Shown in pieces: positions 19,569 to 29,805 of a DNA stretch of 64,000 bases (position 1 is its first letter; each line of letters begins with the position of its first letter). Below the pieces are notes generated by a model. The model saw only the letters and a program-made list of their open reading frames with translations. It was not told where the DNA came from and ran no database searches. The translations under genes and the position numbers were made by a program. The DNA comes from a phage, in NCBI GenBank assembly GCA_012441205.1, contig GCA_012441205.1_4705.1; one strand, given 5' to 3'.

Positions 19569-20369
19569 TCAACTTTTTTCCAATAATGCTGCAACGTTCC
19601 GCGCGAAACGAATTACCTTGTAATTGCGGGTCTGTTTGATATCTTCTTCCCCATCACTGTCACCTTCAGACGGATCTTCCCACATGAAGTCTTGTTCGTC
19701 CGCTTTCTGTAAGTAGCGGTATAACTGCACCATGCTGCGTGCGGTCGGAGAGATAGCGCGAAGCTCATCCAATTCTTCATCCGTGAGCAGAACATGCGGT
19801 GAACGCAGTGGTTCCATTGTTGTATTACACAACAGACGAATCAGCAGATCGACGCACGGAATAACCGAACCTGGTGAGGCGATTTCTGGGTGTAATGTAT
19901 AACCCCAATATACGGTGTTAAAATACGTCAAAACAGCAGGTAGTGACGGATGTTCCATCGCACGGCCAATTTGCTGTCTTACGATAGATGCACGATCGTT
20001 CAATACATCGAAAGTAATCTGCTGCGGTTCCATAACCGCAAGTGAAATACCGTATGCGTCAGCCACACCCAGGATTTCATGAAGGGCCGAACGTTCTTCT
20101 TCGGTGGATATTGTCCCGATTGCCTTACGCCCTGCAAGGTCAATCAGCATCGGTGAAACAGCTTCTTTAACCGCATTAAAAGAAGCCTGGTAAGCGTGTT
20201 TGTGAATATACAGTGTCCACGCTAATGCGCGCTCAGCCGCATGAAGCAGATCGACATAAGACAGTTCTTGATGGCATGGGCCATACACACTCACAGCAAG
20301 CTTGGTGGCTTTCTCAGAGGCTTGCATAATAACATCTGGTGATTTAGGCATATCGCGTTCTTCTTGCAT
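19569..20369 (-). CDS. hypothetical protein (266 aa)
   Basis: Long ORF; no motif recognised. Confidence 0.5.
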   Translation of the reverse strand: MQEERDMPKSPDVIMQASEKATKLAVSVYGPCHQELSYVDLLHAAERALAWTLYIHKHAYQASFNAVKEAVSPMLIDLAGRKAIGTISTEEERSALHEILGVADAYGISLAVMEPQQITFDVLNDRASIVRQQIGRAMEHPSLPAVLTYFNTVYWGYTLHPEIASPGSVIPCVDLLIRLLCNTTMEPLRSPHVLLTDEELDELRAISPTARSMVQLYRYLQKADEQDFMWEDPSEGDSDGEEDIKQTRNYKVIRFARNVAALLEKS

Positions 20370-20471
20370 CTTTTAAATTCCTACTTAACAATAAAGTTCA
20401 TATACGGCGTATGTATCCGTAGAATAATGGGTTCTGGTAAGATCTTACATCAAAATGACGGCATAAAAAGT

Positions 20472-20499
20472 ACCTCCTTACCCACATGGGTAAGGAGGT
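20472..20499 (-). terminator. intrinsic terminator
   Basis: 12-bp stem ACCTCCTTACCC / GGGTAAGGAGGT with a 4-nt loop, followed on the minus strand by ACTTTTTATGCCGTCATTTTG. Confidence 0.55.
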
Positions 20500-20651
20500 T
20501 CGTCCATCACGACGAAAGGACGTTATGTGACGCGGTGTCCATAACGGCCCTGGTAGCAGGCATCAAAGATAACAAAAAGGATGTAAGTTGAGCTAAACCA
20601 CCTAAATACGGTAACGATTACTTCCGTACACAATATAACGCAACATCTTTT

Positions 20652-21461
20652 TTACCAATGATTAAAGCTGCCCGCTTTAACGACATCACAACGTAGGTGG
20701 TTACGTAACTGATCCAGGAAGACAACCGGACTGTCGCCAGACAACATAGCCAGCGCGTGTTGGCCACCGGAACGAACAACAAGCTCATCGACCATTGGTG
20801 CTGTAATCGGGAGATCATACGCATCCATGATTGCTTTGGCTTCCTGTTCTACGTCTTTCTGGAACCCTTCCATCGTCGGAGAGTCATATTTGGTTGCAAA
20901 CTCGATCCCAGGCAAGTTAACGTAATCGTAAGTCATGACACGGGTCATAACACGACGGCGCTCACGTTGCCAGATCTGAGGATCGGTTAACGCGCGAACC
21001 GAAAAACACACGTTCACCAACGGCGTTTCAAAATCTTTACGTAATGGATCACCGTACGGCCCGCAAGGAATAACATCCCCCATCACCATCACGACAGGAC
21101 GACCACGACGATCGCGTCCCGCTTCTTCTAACCAAATCTTAGAAAAGCAATGGCTTACCTTCGTTTCTTCGATTCGTAACGCTCGCTGCAAAAAGCTGGT
21201 TGCATCCTGACCGATCTCTGGTTTAGGGTGACCGTATTCACCTTTCAACGAACGATTGCGTGCGTTTGTTTGCAGTAAGCTGTTTTCCAGAAACAGCGGT
21301 TTCGAACGCTCAAGTTCGTAATATTCTTCGGTATTGTTAAAACAGTTAAATCCGCCGATAACACAGGTGTAGGCACCGTCAGCATTAGGACGGATAATAC
21401 CTTTCTTATTCACACCAAGATAACTGGTGCAAACAAGATTACTAATTGGTGGTTGCATCAT
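20652..21461 (-). CDS. hypothetical protein (269 aa)
   Basis: ORF followed about 150 nt downstream by a terminator hairpin. Confidence 0.5.
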   Translation of the reverse strand: MMQPPISNLVCTSYLGVNKKGIIRPNADGAYTCVIGGFNCFNNTEEYYELERSKPLFLENSLLQTNARNRSLKGEYGHPKPEIGQDATSFLQRALRIEETKVSHCFSKIWLEEAGRDRRGRPVVMVMGDVIPCGPYGDPLRKDFETPLVNVCFSVRALTDPQIWQRERRRVMTRVMTYDYVNLPGIEFATKYDSPTMEGFQKDVEQEAKAIMDAYDLPITAPMVDELVVRSGGQHALAMLSGDSPVVFLDQLRNHLRCDVVKAGSFNHW

Positions 21462-21539
21462 AACCCCTTTATAAGCAACTGAATGAAAAAAGCGTTACAT
21501 TCCCGCTTTTACGTCAGAAGGTGACGCGTAAGCGTTATA

Positions 21540-22271
21540 TCACCATTCATACGATCCGGCGCACTGATGCCCCAACAGTACCAACGCGTCGTCTTTGGCA
21601 GCTAGGTATTTCTCTAACGTTATCCGTGAAACAGACACATTAGAGAAATCCATCACACCTAAGCGATGATCGTAATGGTTAATTTGCATCCGGTAATAAC
21701 CTTTCTTTACCACCAGAAACTCGCCTTGACGCAACCATAGCGGAACGTTATCAACCTCCGCATGGATATAAAACACCGGACATTCTGTCGTAACGGAGTT
21801 TTCCTTCCCATCGCTATCTGTAATCTTCCCTTTGGGAACAGCCGCGATAAAACATTCTCCGATACGCTCGGTTTGATACCCGTTTGGATAGCGCGGATCG
21901 TGAAATAACCAGTGCTCATCGCTAATATCAACATCGGATAATAACGTACGATGTGGACGTAAGGCGATATCAAACGGAACACGATAAATAACGTACCCGC
22001 CTAACCAATGGGCTAAGTGACCGCCAGAAAAATACTGCTTGATTGCGGTACTGTAACCGTATATACAACCCATCAAACTGCTGGACACACAGATCCTTGG
22101 AAACGACCCGTCTTCCATACGCAAGGTACGTTGAGGGATACGTGGCATCATCGTTTTCAGTTCGGTATCGGTGCTAATATGCAATAAACCGAAAGGAAGC
22201 GTTTTGCTCGGCACCCACACACAACGTTCCATAATCGCTCTTGGGACAATAGTCTCGATAGACGATAACAT
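21540..22271 (-). CDS. hypothetical protein (243 aa)
   Basis: ORF in minus-strand block. Confidence 0.5.
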   Translation of the reverse strand: MLSSIETIVPRAIMERCVWVPSKTLPFGLLHISTDTELKTMMPRIPQRTLRMEDGSFPRICVSSSLMGCIYGYSTAIKQYFSGGHLAHWLGGYVIYRVPFDIALRPHRTLLSDVDISDEHWLFHDPRYPNGYQTERIGECFIAAVPKGKITDSDGKENSVTTECPVFYIHAEVDNVPLWLRQGEFLVVKKGYYRMQINHYDHRLGVMDFSNVSVSRITLEKYLAAKDDALVLLGHQCAGSYEW

Positions 22272-22272
22272 A

Positions 22273-22983
22273 TCACCCCCTCAGAATCGCTTCTGTTTCG
22301 CTGATCGTATCCGCAGGATAAACCAAACTACTATCGATTGCGTTATTCACGTAACCACCCATTAAGTTGGTGATGGTGTTTGTACCACTATCGATAATGT
22401 TTCGTAATCCGATATCGATGGCTTTTAACGTGCTGCGTTCCTCATCCGAAAGCAAACGCCATGCTCGACGACGATCGTTGGGGTCACGTGTGGTGATAGA
22501 AGCCAGAACAGAATAGATGCTGCTATCCGCATTCAGTTTAACGCCTGCCAATTTCGCTGACGTGTAGAGCAGCTGATATTTTTCTTTCTCAGTGTACCAC
22601 CATGGCACTTTACCGAGCGTATAGATCTCGTTATACATCAGCCATGGGAAAGAGTTTCGCATCACGACATCGGTTGACACCAACACCGTGTCACCGGGAA
22701 GAAACACAAACTCATAAAACGGCTGGCCATCCATGGTAATTTCACGGATGTCAGACGGGTCGATATGGAGCTGGGTCAATGCGTGGCTGACACCATACTG
22801 ACCATCGGGAAGAATAATCGGGCAGCACGCACAAACCCGGTTCTCACTCCCGATGATAGATAAACCCAATCCCTCGTAACGGACGGGTGTCAGAATCGAA
22901 CACCCGCCACGAGTAACAACAGATTTATCTTCTTGTATGTCCCAGTCCGCAAGCACCGCAGCACCGTTGCGGACAAGCGCCAT
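22273..22983 (-). CDS. hypothetical protein (236 aa)
   Basis: ORF, 1-nt spacing to neighbours. Confidence 0.5.
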   Translation of the reverse strand: MALVRNGAAVLADWDIQEDKSVVTRGGCSILTPVRYEGLGLSIIGSENRVCACCPIILPDGQYGVSHALTQLHIDPSDIREITMDGQPFYEFVFLPGDTVLVSTDVVMRNSFPWLMYNEIYTLGKVPWWYTEKEKYQLLYTSAKLAGVKLNADSSIYSVLASITTRDPNDRRRAWRLLSDEERSTLKAIDIGLRNIIDSGTNTITNLMGGYVNNAIDSSLVYPADTISETEAILRG

Positions 22984-24507
22984 TTACACCTCGCTAATCT
23001 GGATAACGTAAAGCTGCTGGGCCACGTAATCGGTGGTCAGATGCATCGTTGCGATGGTCGCTGCTTCGAACACCGTGAGTTCAGGACGTTCACGCATAAT
23101 CAAATCGATCTCATCGATGAGACGGTTAACGCCTTGAGCGTCTTCGTGATGCATGGTTTTCACGTACAGCGTACGGAAATACTGCTGGAAGTTAGCTACG
23201 TCGGTATCGGTAAGGGTAGCAACTTCACCACGTACGATTTCCATAACCTTCTTACGGGTATCTTCATCGAGGTCCACTGTAATCAGGTCAGCAAATACGC
23301 CCTGCAATGCCAACGCGTATGCACGTAAGCGGTTTGCGGCCTGCTGACTGGCTTTCATGTTGATGTAGTTACGGTAATGCTGCATGAAGCCTGCACCGTT
23401 AGCCAACAGCTCATCTTTACTGATGAGTTCACGTTCTAACAGGACAGCTGCGGTCAGTGCTTCCGGCGAACCACCTTCTTGCAGATAACCCATGTAGACA
23501 TCTGCGTTAACGAAAATCGTCATCGTTGACGCATCTTCAGCACGTTGAATCTGAGAAGCCGACGGTGCAGAAAGAATCAGCTCACCACGCTCCATACGCA
23601 GGATACGATCACGACCGACGCGGGCCATCCCGTTGATCGCCGCAGCGCGAGCTTGTTGCATTTTAGCGCGGTAGTTTTCAAGCATCATGTCGTTGCCGTC
23701 CTGGATATCTTCCAGCAGGTTAACGGCCCACATATAGCAGAGGAATGCAGGAGTTGCCGCAGCGCGGGAACCGTGGAATGCAACGTTATCGCTATCCGGA
23801 TATGTAATCAGATAAGCGGTGTTGTTCGAAGAAGGAGCGGAACCACGGAAGAAATAGTTGTAGATGTCTTCCAGTGCCTGATCGCTCATCCCTTCCGTTG
23901 CTTGCTGTACAAAACGATCCAGGTTTTCATTACCGGTATACAGCAACGTACGCAGCTTATCACCGGTGATAAACGCAAGCTTTCCGGTTGGAGTGAAATC
24001 GTTATTAATCGAAATCAAGCCATTGAGGTCATAATCGCTAACTAAGGCCTGGTACTCTTCGGAGTTATAAAACTCAGGATAGTAACTCAGACTTACTGTC
24101 GGGATCAGTTTCGGTGCCAGGATGATCGAATCGATGCGTTTTTCCAGTTCCGGGTACAGCGCACGGCATTTCGGCAGGATGGTATTACGCGCCAACTCTT
24201 TGGCATACACCACTTTTTCCACCACGTCTTGAACTGCGGTCTGTAAAACTTCATCGTGGATATAAACCTCGCGTTCGCTGGCAGGTGCTACAACGCCATC
24301 TTCGGTTTCATCAAGTGTTTCAGCAACAACCATACGTTCAGCACTAAGCTGCACCAACGCATCCGCGTCTTCCGGCGGCTGGTTCCAGTGCATGGTTTCA
24401 CAAACCGCGGCTAACGGCGTGCCCGGAATGGCTGCGACGATTTGGTTACGTTTGATAAACCCTTCGACAATAGGCTCAACAGCATAAACGGTTTTATTGG
24501 TGATCAT
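22984..24507 (-). CDS. hypothetical protein (507 aa)
   Basis: Long ORF; start overlaps the stop of the upstream 77-aa gene. Confidence 0.5.
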   Translation of the reverse strand: MITNKTVYAVEPIVEGFIKRNQIVAAIPGTPLAAVCETMHWNQPPEDADALVQLSAERMVVAETLDETEDGVVAPASEREVYIHDEVLQTAVQDVVEKVVYAKELARNTILPKCRALYPELEKRIDSIILAPKLIPTVSLSYYPEFYNSEEYQALVSDYDLNGLISINNDFTPTGKLAFITGDKLRTLLYTGNENLDRFVQQATEGMSDQALEDIYNYFFRGSAPSSNNTAYLITYPDSDNVAFHGSRAAATPAFLCYMWAVNLLEDIQDGNDMMLENYRAKMQQARAAAINGMARVGRDRILRMERGELILSAPSASQIQRAEDASTMTIFVNADVYMGYLQEGGSPEALTAAVLLERELISKDELLANGAGFMQHYRNYINMKASQQAANRLRAYALALQGVFADLITVDLDEDTRKKVMEIVRGEVATLTDTDVANFQQYFRTLYVKTMHHEDAQGVNRLIDEIDLIMRERPELTVFEAATIATMHLTTDYVAQQLYVIQISEV

Positions 24508-24740
24508 TACTGCGCTCCCTCCAACGCATTACTACCTACGGGTTCTTTGGTTTCCAGACGGCTGTTTAAGCGCGCAGCAACCGCATCTTCCAATCCCAAC
24601 GGCATAACCTTTTTGTTCACGTCAGGATCGGCGGCATCATTACCAACGGTTTGACGTACGACCTCAGCAACCAACGTTACCGCGTTCGTCAGCGCAACAA
24701 AGCTCGCTGCCCGAGCCGTGTTAAGTTGTTCTTGGTTCAT
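24507..24740 (-). CDS. hypothetical small protein (77 aa)
   Basis: Short ORF preceded by a terminator and a 20-bp perfect palindrome. Confidence 0.4.
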   Translation of the reverse strand: MNQEQLNTARAASFVALTNAVTLVAEVVRQTVGNDAADPDVNKKVMPLGLEDAVAARLNSRLETKEPVGSNALEGAQ

Positions 24741-24771
24741 TCACTTTTCCTTTTAATGTCAGAGCATCGCA

Positions 24772-24791
24772 TTCTTGACGTACGTCAAGAA
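24772..24791. promoter_or_regulatory. 20-bp perfect palindrome, putative operator or regulatory hairpin
   Basis: TTCTTGACGTACGTCAAGAA equals its own reverse complement; lies about 35 nt upstream of the start of gene 24507..24740 and just downstream of the beta-gene terminator. Confidence 0.4.
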
Positions 24792-24815
24792 GGTACTGCG
24801 TTCAGCGAAATAAAC

Positions 24816-24841
24816 GAGCAGGGGCATGAAGCCCCCTGCTC
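24816..24841 (-). terminator. intrinsic terminator after the RNAP beta-like gene
   Basis: 10-bp stem GAGCAGGGGC / GCCCCTGCTC with loop; on the minus strand it begins right after the TAA stop and is followed by GTTTATTTCGC. Confidence 0.6.
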
Positions 24842-27800
24842 TTATTTGGCGTCGTTAAAATAAATATCAACAGCTCGTTCCGTTGCGTAGAGGAGACCAA
24901 GATTCACAGTCCCAACCACTTCCGGTGAACCGATGATACGGTTAGCGATACTGGTGCCACTGAAGATAGCATCAAGGGTGTGCCCGTCTTCGGTTTTGTT
25001 CACACCATGACCCACGGAAGAGACAACGGATTTCGCTTGAGCTGCGAAGGTACCTTTATCGCCCATCCCCGCACCAAGGTCGTAACGCATGAAAATACGG
25101 ATTGCGATCTGGTTCTCGCCTAACGGATTACCGTCTATTCTCACGTTACTGTTATTGATACGCCCCGTAGTTGCTTCGTTGAGTTTCAGTTCCTTAACGC
25201 GTTTAGCTCGCGCTTTATCTGCATCACCGACGAGCGCCGCCATGGTTTCACTCATATCCTCAATCTGAGCGCGGTACAGCACATCGATCTGTACAACTTC
25301 ACCATGAACGTCAGCACGTGGGTTATACTGACTCATACGACGTAATGCTTCAACGGCTTCCTGACTCTCATCACTCAGATCGGTCGCAATCGGTTCTTCC
25401 AGTGTTGCAAGGATCGTTCGTGGTTCAACATGATCGCCGATTTTCACGAGACCACGAATGTTGAGATGGGCGTCAACGATGAGCGTACGGCTCTTAATCG
25501 ATGGTGTTACGAGACGATCGGCAAGATTGTCGAAGATATACGAACTGTCCTCGTGAGTCTCTGGAATATCCAGAATACCGACAAGAGACAGAACACCTGC
25601 GCGCCAAACAACCTGACCTGGGTTCCACCAATCGCGTTTAAAATAAAGACGATGGAAGACCACCACATCCTGATCCTTAACGCGATCCCCGACTTTATAA
25701 TCGGTAATGAGATCGTGAGGATAATACTTACCTGGTCCTTTCCCGATTATCGTACCGAGCTGGAAAACCTCTTCCCCTAACTCTGGATCGTCGTATTGTA
25801 TCGTCAGCGCAGTTTTGGTGACCTTCTTAACAACACCGTCACCTTGGGCGGCAGCTGCAAAGAGTTTACCAACACGATGCGCGATGACAGTCTCACCGCC
25901 GGTGCGCCACGGTTGTACATCGTAACCCTCAGCGGCAATCATGCGGTTGTGTTGGATCCCGACGAAGACCAGACGTTTTCCATCATCACGGTCTACAGCC
26001 GGAACAGCTAACGCTGACGTACTCATTACCGATGAGATGCCGTCTGTCTTTTCATCGAATGGTCGTGTTTCACCATACACCGACACGATATTAGCATTAG
26101 GTGCAAGGTAAGCAGAGATACCCACATCCCCACTATCTTTCGTACCCTCTGACACAATACCAACATCGGACTTGTCGTATTCACGATCACGTGCGCGTCG
26201 AAGCGATGTCTTTGAACGACCCCCGATACCGGTCATCGTTGCTTCTTCACCCTGCTTGATATCCAGCATCGGGTTGGTTTCATCGATCACGATGGACGCG
26301 CTGTCGTCGAGAATTTGGTTCCAGACACTTACCGGACTGATTGAGATTTTCTGGCGGTTTCCTTGACTGCTGTTCTCATTCTGACGAATAGCGCCAACCA
26401 GATCCTTATACACCAATTCAGCGAACTTATCGTACGTTTTAAAACGTTGGTAGTTCACATCGTTCGTGTTAGGTGCCCAATCATCCAGAAGCAGTTCAAC
26501 AGCACGCAGTAACAACATGGCGAAATCGGTAGGTTCTCCCATGTTCTGTAGCAACGTACGGCTTACCGGATCAACGAAAAGACGCTCCATGAGTTCAAGT
26601 TCGCGTAAATGGCGAACCTTAAGTCCGGCACCATCGACAACGTTAAAATAGATATCTCGATTGTCGAAAGCACCGCGAGCGTAACCGATGTAGTTACGGT
26701 ACTCGTTAAATCCGCCCAGCAACAACGTCGTCATGCGATCGTCTTTACTGAAGATCAAACTTTCGTCATCAAAGCTCACCGCGAATTCATCGGGTGCTAG
26801 ACCCATACGAGAACCGCGAGGTACCGTACGATAGTTCGCTTTAAGATGTTCTAATAACGGGGTAAGTCCACCCAGATAACTTAGAACAACACCAACCGGA
26901 ATACGTACACCCATGAATTCAAGATCGGCGGCTTCGATCGGCATCTTAGCCGCATTGATACCGAAGAAATCAGGGAACGTCCCTACAGGTGTTGGTGTTT
27001 GTCCTGACTGACAGATATAGAGCTGATTGCGTTTATCGATTGCTAAGAATTCACCCAGCGTGTTACGCGCAAACGTCAGGAGCCCTTCGGCTAACTGTTC
27101 GTTGAACCGATCTTCCCCGATGAACTCCGGTAGCGTTTTTATATCGAGACGTATATCCCAATCAGCAAATTGGATTTGGGTATAGTTGCGTGCAAGCACA
27201 GCGAAGTAATACGGGACTTTGACGGCCGGATCAAAGACGTTACCACGTTTTAACGTGGTTAAGGGTGAGGACTTATCGTAATACATCGCTGTAAGTTGGC
27301 GTGTTAACCAACGACCGGCGTTATTAACGACACGCTCTGAACGTTTAACAAACACCTTACCGTAGGCGGTACTCAACGCAACTTCGGATGATGATACCTT
27401 TCTAATAGGTTTATCAACACGTTGTTTACGCATCCGGTATTTGATGCCGTTAACGACATAAATGCCGTCCTTACGAACCTTCGGCAACATCACCGGGAAC
27501 GTGGTTGGGACACCGCCTACAGGGGCCAGTTTAATCGTGATGACTTGATAATCCCCCATCACGTCAACAACATCTTCAACTTTATATCCCGTGACAGGGT
27601 AACCTGCCTGTTGTACGGCAACAACAGCGGCTGCGATGTCCTTTTGCATCACGTGTTCAACGTAATGTTTATCCCACACCGCAAGCGTCGATTTACATAG
27701 GCTCTTATCGACGATAACATCCGCTTCCGGCATAACCTTTGCTGGCGCTAATTTCGCGGCTTTTGGTTTAACTTCAACATACTCAGCAAGTGTTAATCCA

Positions 27801-29188
27801 GAACCGTCGGGTGCTTCGATTTCATGGATGGCGTCAGCATTACGCATCGCTGCTTTATATTGGACGCCGCTTAACTGACCCGCATCAGCCAGATCGCTCG
27901 CGCGTACCAACACCGCATCCGATAACGACTGAATATATTCACCGTGCGTTTTTGGTAACGTTGCCGCGTCAAAGACATCAACCTTTTCTTCTTCGGTATC
28001 GTCGGTAACGACTTCGAAGAGATCGTCGGTAATGTCCTGATCTTCATCAGGTTGAAAATCCGGCTGTACTTCTACCCCGGGTACTTCACGGACATCTTCG
28101 AACGAGCGTTCTACAATGGCGTTCCACGCATCAGCGTCATCGTCTTCATCCGACCCACCAACCAACTCCGCTTCTAACTCATCGGAATCAAGAACAGTGG
28201 CCAGATCCTCACCGTTAGGAAGCACGACGTCGCGATCATCGTACTCTGCATCCGGGCTGTCCGCAAGAATATCTCGCTCTTGACGAAGAACCTGTTCCTC
28301 TTCTTGTTTCTGTTCTTCTTCATTCGCGCTCTGCGACCATAGACGTGTTACCGCCATCATCCAACGACGCTGGAAGGTTTCGAGTGTCGTTTTATCGAGT
28401 TCTTCCCCTTCCTTTACAAGCCCGGTACGCCATTCTTCCAACAGGCCGAGATTCAGCGTAAAGAAGTACACACCGTCTGTAAATACAACGTTAAGCTTAT
28501 CCAGCGTGGCTCTGTCTAACGAAGCCATTGTGCTGTTCTCACGATCGGTTCCCAACCAGCGGAAGAAGTCAAAGAACGACAGCTCCTCCGGCGTGGCGAA
28601 ATTCATGAGGTTGTTACGGGTCGGTGCCTGTTGCGTGGTACGCATCAACGAAATCTTCGGCAATGTTGACGGTATACGGAACAACAAAAAGTGTTGGCGA
28701 TCGCTTTGCTGCGCGATTTCGTTGGCTTTCGACCAAATTGTTTTACGTACGTTGAACCATTCATCATACCAACGGGTGAGCGTTGGACGATAGATGTACA
28801 TGTGGTTAAGATGTGCGTAGTTAGCAACGATCTGAGCGTTGATGTTTTTCTCCACCGTACTTAGATCGGTAACCAAACGAAAACGACGATGTGACGCACG
28901 ATAATCCAATTTCGCTCGTGGGAGCTGGAATCGCTGATCACGTCGAGGTGCACCCTGTTTGGTTGCGAGATCATCAGCAAACGAAATCCATAGTTGAGCA
29001 CTTTCTTTACTCAACATGTATTCGTTTTCTGGAGGACCTATCAATGAAGGATCCGTTGCGGTGTAATGATAGACAGCATAACGTGGCAGCTGCAATAGCT
29101 GCACTAAACGTAATCTCGGTGACAATAGCTCTTGGTATCGTCTGACGCCAAACTGTCGGTAGTAATCAAGGTATTTAAGTTTTGCCAT
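24842..29188 (-). CDS. multisubunit RNA polymerase beta-like subunit (divergent)
   Basis: 1448 aa. GIGGRSK...DVGIVSEGTKDSGDVGI parallels the bacterial beta region GPGGLTRER...GRVCPIETPEGPNIGL, and GMGDKGTFAAQAKS...DAIFSGTSIANRIIG parallels GDKMAGRHGNKGVIS...DIVLNPLGVPSRMNIGQ (E. coli beta recalled from memory). Contains a long acidic insertion. GGAG RBS 8 nt before the ATG at 29188. Confidence 0.65.
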   Translation of the reverse strand: MAKLKYLDYYRQFGVRRYQELLSPRLRLVQLLQLPRYAVYHYTATDPSLIGPPENEYMLSKESAQLWISFADDLATKQGAPRRDQRFQLPRAKLDYRASHRRFRLVTDLSTVEKNINAQIVANYAHLNHMYIYRPTLTRWYDEWFNVRKTIWSKANEIAQQSDRQHFLLFRIPSTLPKISLMRTTQQAPTRNNLMNFATPEELSFFDFFRWLGTDRENSTMASLDRATLDKLNVVFTDGVYFFTLNLGLLEEWRTGLVKEGEELDKTTLETFQRRWMMAVTRLWSQSANEEEQKQEEEQVLRQERDILADSPDAEYDDRDVVLPNGEDLATVLDSDELEAELVGGSDEDDDADAWNAIVERSFEDVREVPGVEVQPDFQPDEDQDITDDLFEVVTDDTEEEKVDVFDAATLPKTHGEYIQSLSDAVLVRASDLADAGQLSGVQYKAAMRNADAIHEIEAPDGSGLTLAEYVEVKPKAAKLAPAKVMPEADVIVDKSLCKSTLAVWDKHYVEHVMQKDIAAAVVAVQQAGYPVTGYKVEDVVDVMGDYQVITIKLAPVGGVPTTFPVMLPKVRKDGIYVVNGIKYRMRKQRVDKPIRKVSSSEVALSTAYGKVFVKRSERVVNNAGRWLTRQLTAMYYDKSSPLTTLKRGNVFDPAVKVPYYFAVLARNYTQIQFADWDIRLDIKTLPEFIGEDRFNEQLAEGLLTFARNTLGEFLAIDKRNQLYICQSGQTPTPVGTFPDFFGINAAKMPIEAADLEFMGVRIPVGVVLSYLGGLTPLLEHLKANYRTVPRGSRMGLAPDEFAVSFDDESLIFSKDDRMTTLLLGGFNEYRNYIGYARGAFDNRDIYFNVVDGAGLKVRHLRELELMERLFVDPVSRTLLQNMGEPTDFAMLLLRAVELLLDDWAPNTNDVNYQRFKTYDKFAELVYKDLVGAIRQNENSSQGNRQKISISPVSVWNQILDDSASIVIDETNPMLDIKQGEEATMTGIGGRSKTSLRRARDREYDKSDVGIVSEGTKDSGDVGISAYLAPNANIVSVYGETRPFDEKTDGISSVMSTSALAVPAVDRDDGKRLVFVGIQHNRMIAAEGYDVQPWRTGGETVIAHRVGKLFAAAAQGDGVVKKVTKTALTIQYDDPELGEEVFQLGTIIGKGPGKYYPHDLITDYKVGDRVKDQDVVVFHRLYFKRDWWNPGQVVWRAGVLSLVGILDIPETHEDSSYIFDNLADRLVTPSIKSRTLIVDAHLNIRGLVKIGDHVEPRTILATLEEPIATDLSDESQEAVEALRRMSQYNPRADVHGEVVQIDVLYRAQIEDMSETMAALVGDADKARAKRVKELKLNEATTGRINNSNVRIDGNPLGENQIAIRIFMRYDLGAGMGDKGTFAAQAKSVVSSVGHGVNKTEDGHTLDAIFSGTSIANRIIGSPEVVGTVNLGLLYATERAVDIYFNDAK

Positions 29189-29191
29189 GGG

Positions 29192-29380
29192 TTAGGCTCC
29201 ACGAGGTCCCGTTAAGTTGCGTAATAGGAACGCAACCGTATCGTAACCAATATCGATGTTGAATTTATTTTTACCACTTACCCAGAAAGCTCGCTTCTTG
29301 TGCGAGTTGGTAATTTCGTCAATAGCTTCCATGGAATAAAGAACGTTAACCGAGACCGTATCACCGTCGAACCTTATCTT
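29192..29380 (-). CDS. predicted exon 2 of the RNAP beta-prime-like N-terminal subunit gene (contains the DFDGD-type catalytic motif)
   Basis: Minus-strand frame between an in-frame TAG and the TAA at 29192-29194 translates to ...AKIRFDGDTVSVNVLYSMEAIDEITNSHKKRAFWVSGKNKFNIDIGYDTVAFLLRNLTGPRGA-stop. FDGD (codons at 29360-29371) matches the beta-prime NADFDGD active site. It has no ATG start, so it is not in the ORF track. The 5' boundary (3' splice site) is approximate. Confidence 0.55.
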   Translation of the reverse strand, partial: KIRFDGDTVSVNVLYSMEAIDEITNSHKKRAFWVSGKNKFNIDIGYDTVAFLLRNLTGPRGA

Positions 29381-29450
29381 CGCCTCAGGTCGCTACGCTG
29401 AGACCGCCTGCATGGATACGTACATCACAGGCTGCTTGCACTTTCATGCA

Positions 29451-29756
29451 AGAGGAGACTATATCAAACCGGCAGCACAACCTGCTACGGTAACCTACAC
29501 TTCGAAGACGCTCGTCCTCTACAGGGTGGTAAATCCCTTAGTCGTTGAACCTGCGTTGTTTCCCATTCTTGCAAACAAGAATGCCGTATTGCTACGCAAC
29601 AACCAGGCTGCTGATTGCCCATTGTTTCGCACCTTAGCACCGCTTACGCGGCTTTTCTTTCAGCCTAAGCCTCTTACGGAGTTAGTGCATCTCAACTGTT
29701 GTTTCTGCCTTTCGGCACCTCATGGGTCGTTGAGCTTTAGGGGTTCCCAGCAATTC
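29451..29756 (-). ncRNA. group I intron catalytic core (P3-P9 region)
   Basis: P, Q, R and S elements as above; GNRA-loop hairpins flank the core (CCCGAAAGGG near 29775-29790 and CTTGCATGAAAGTGCAAG near 29435-29452). Confidence 0.7.
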
Positions 29757-29805
29757 GTAGGTTTTTCAAGCACTCCCTTTCGGGAATACCGGACTCATTA
29801 TTAGC

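Noticed and set aside
20370-20651. tRNA gene in the longer non-coding stretches (also 6573-6765 and 58309-58644)
   Set aside because: No cloverleaf-compatible arrangement; the only GGTTCG-like string (around 20497-20506) is part of the terminator hairpin. Not excluded without tRNAscan.
29412-29804. 130-aa plus-strand ORF in the region between the HNH gene and the beta gene
   Set aside because: It lies antisense to the group I intron catalytic core (P, Q, R, S elements on the minus strand), has no RBS, and is best explained as a chance open frame in structured RNA.
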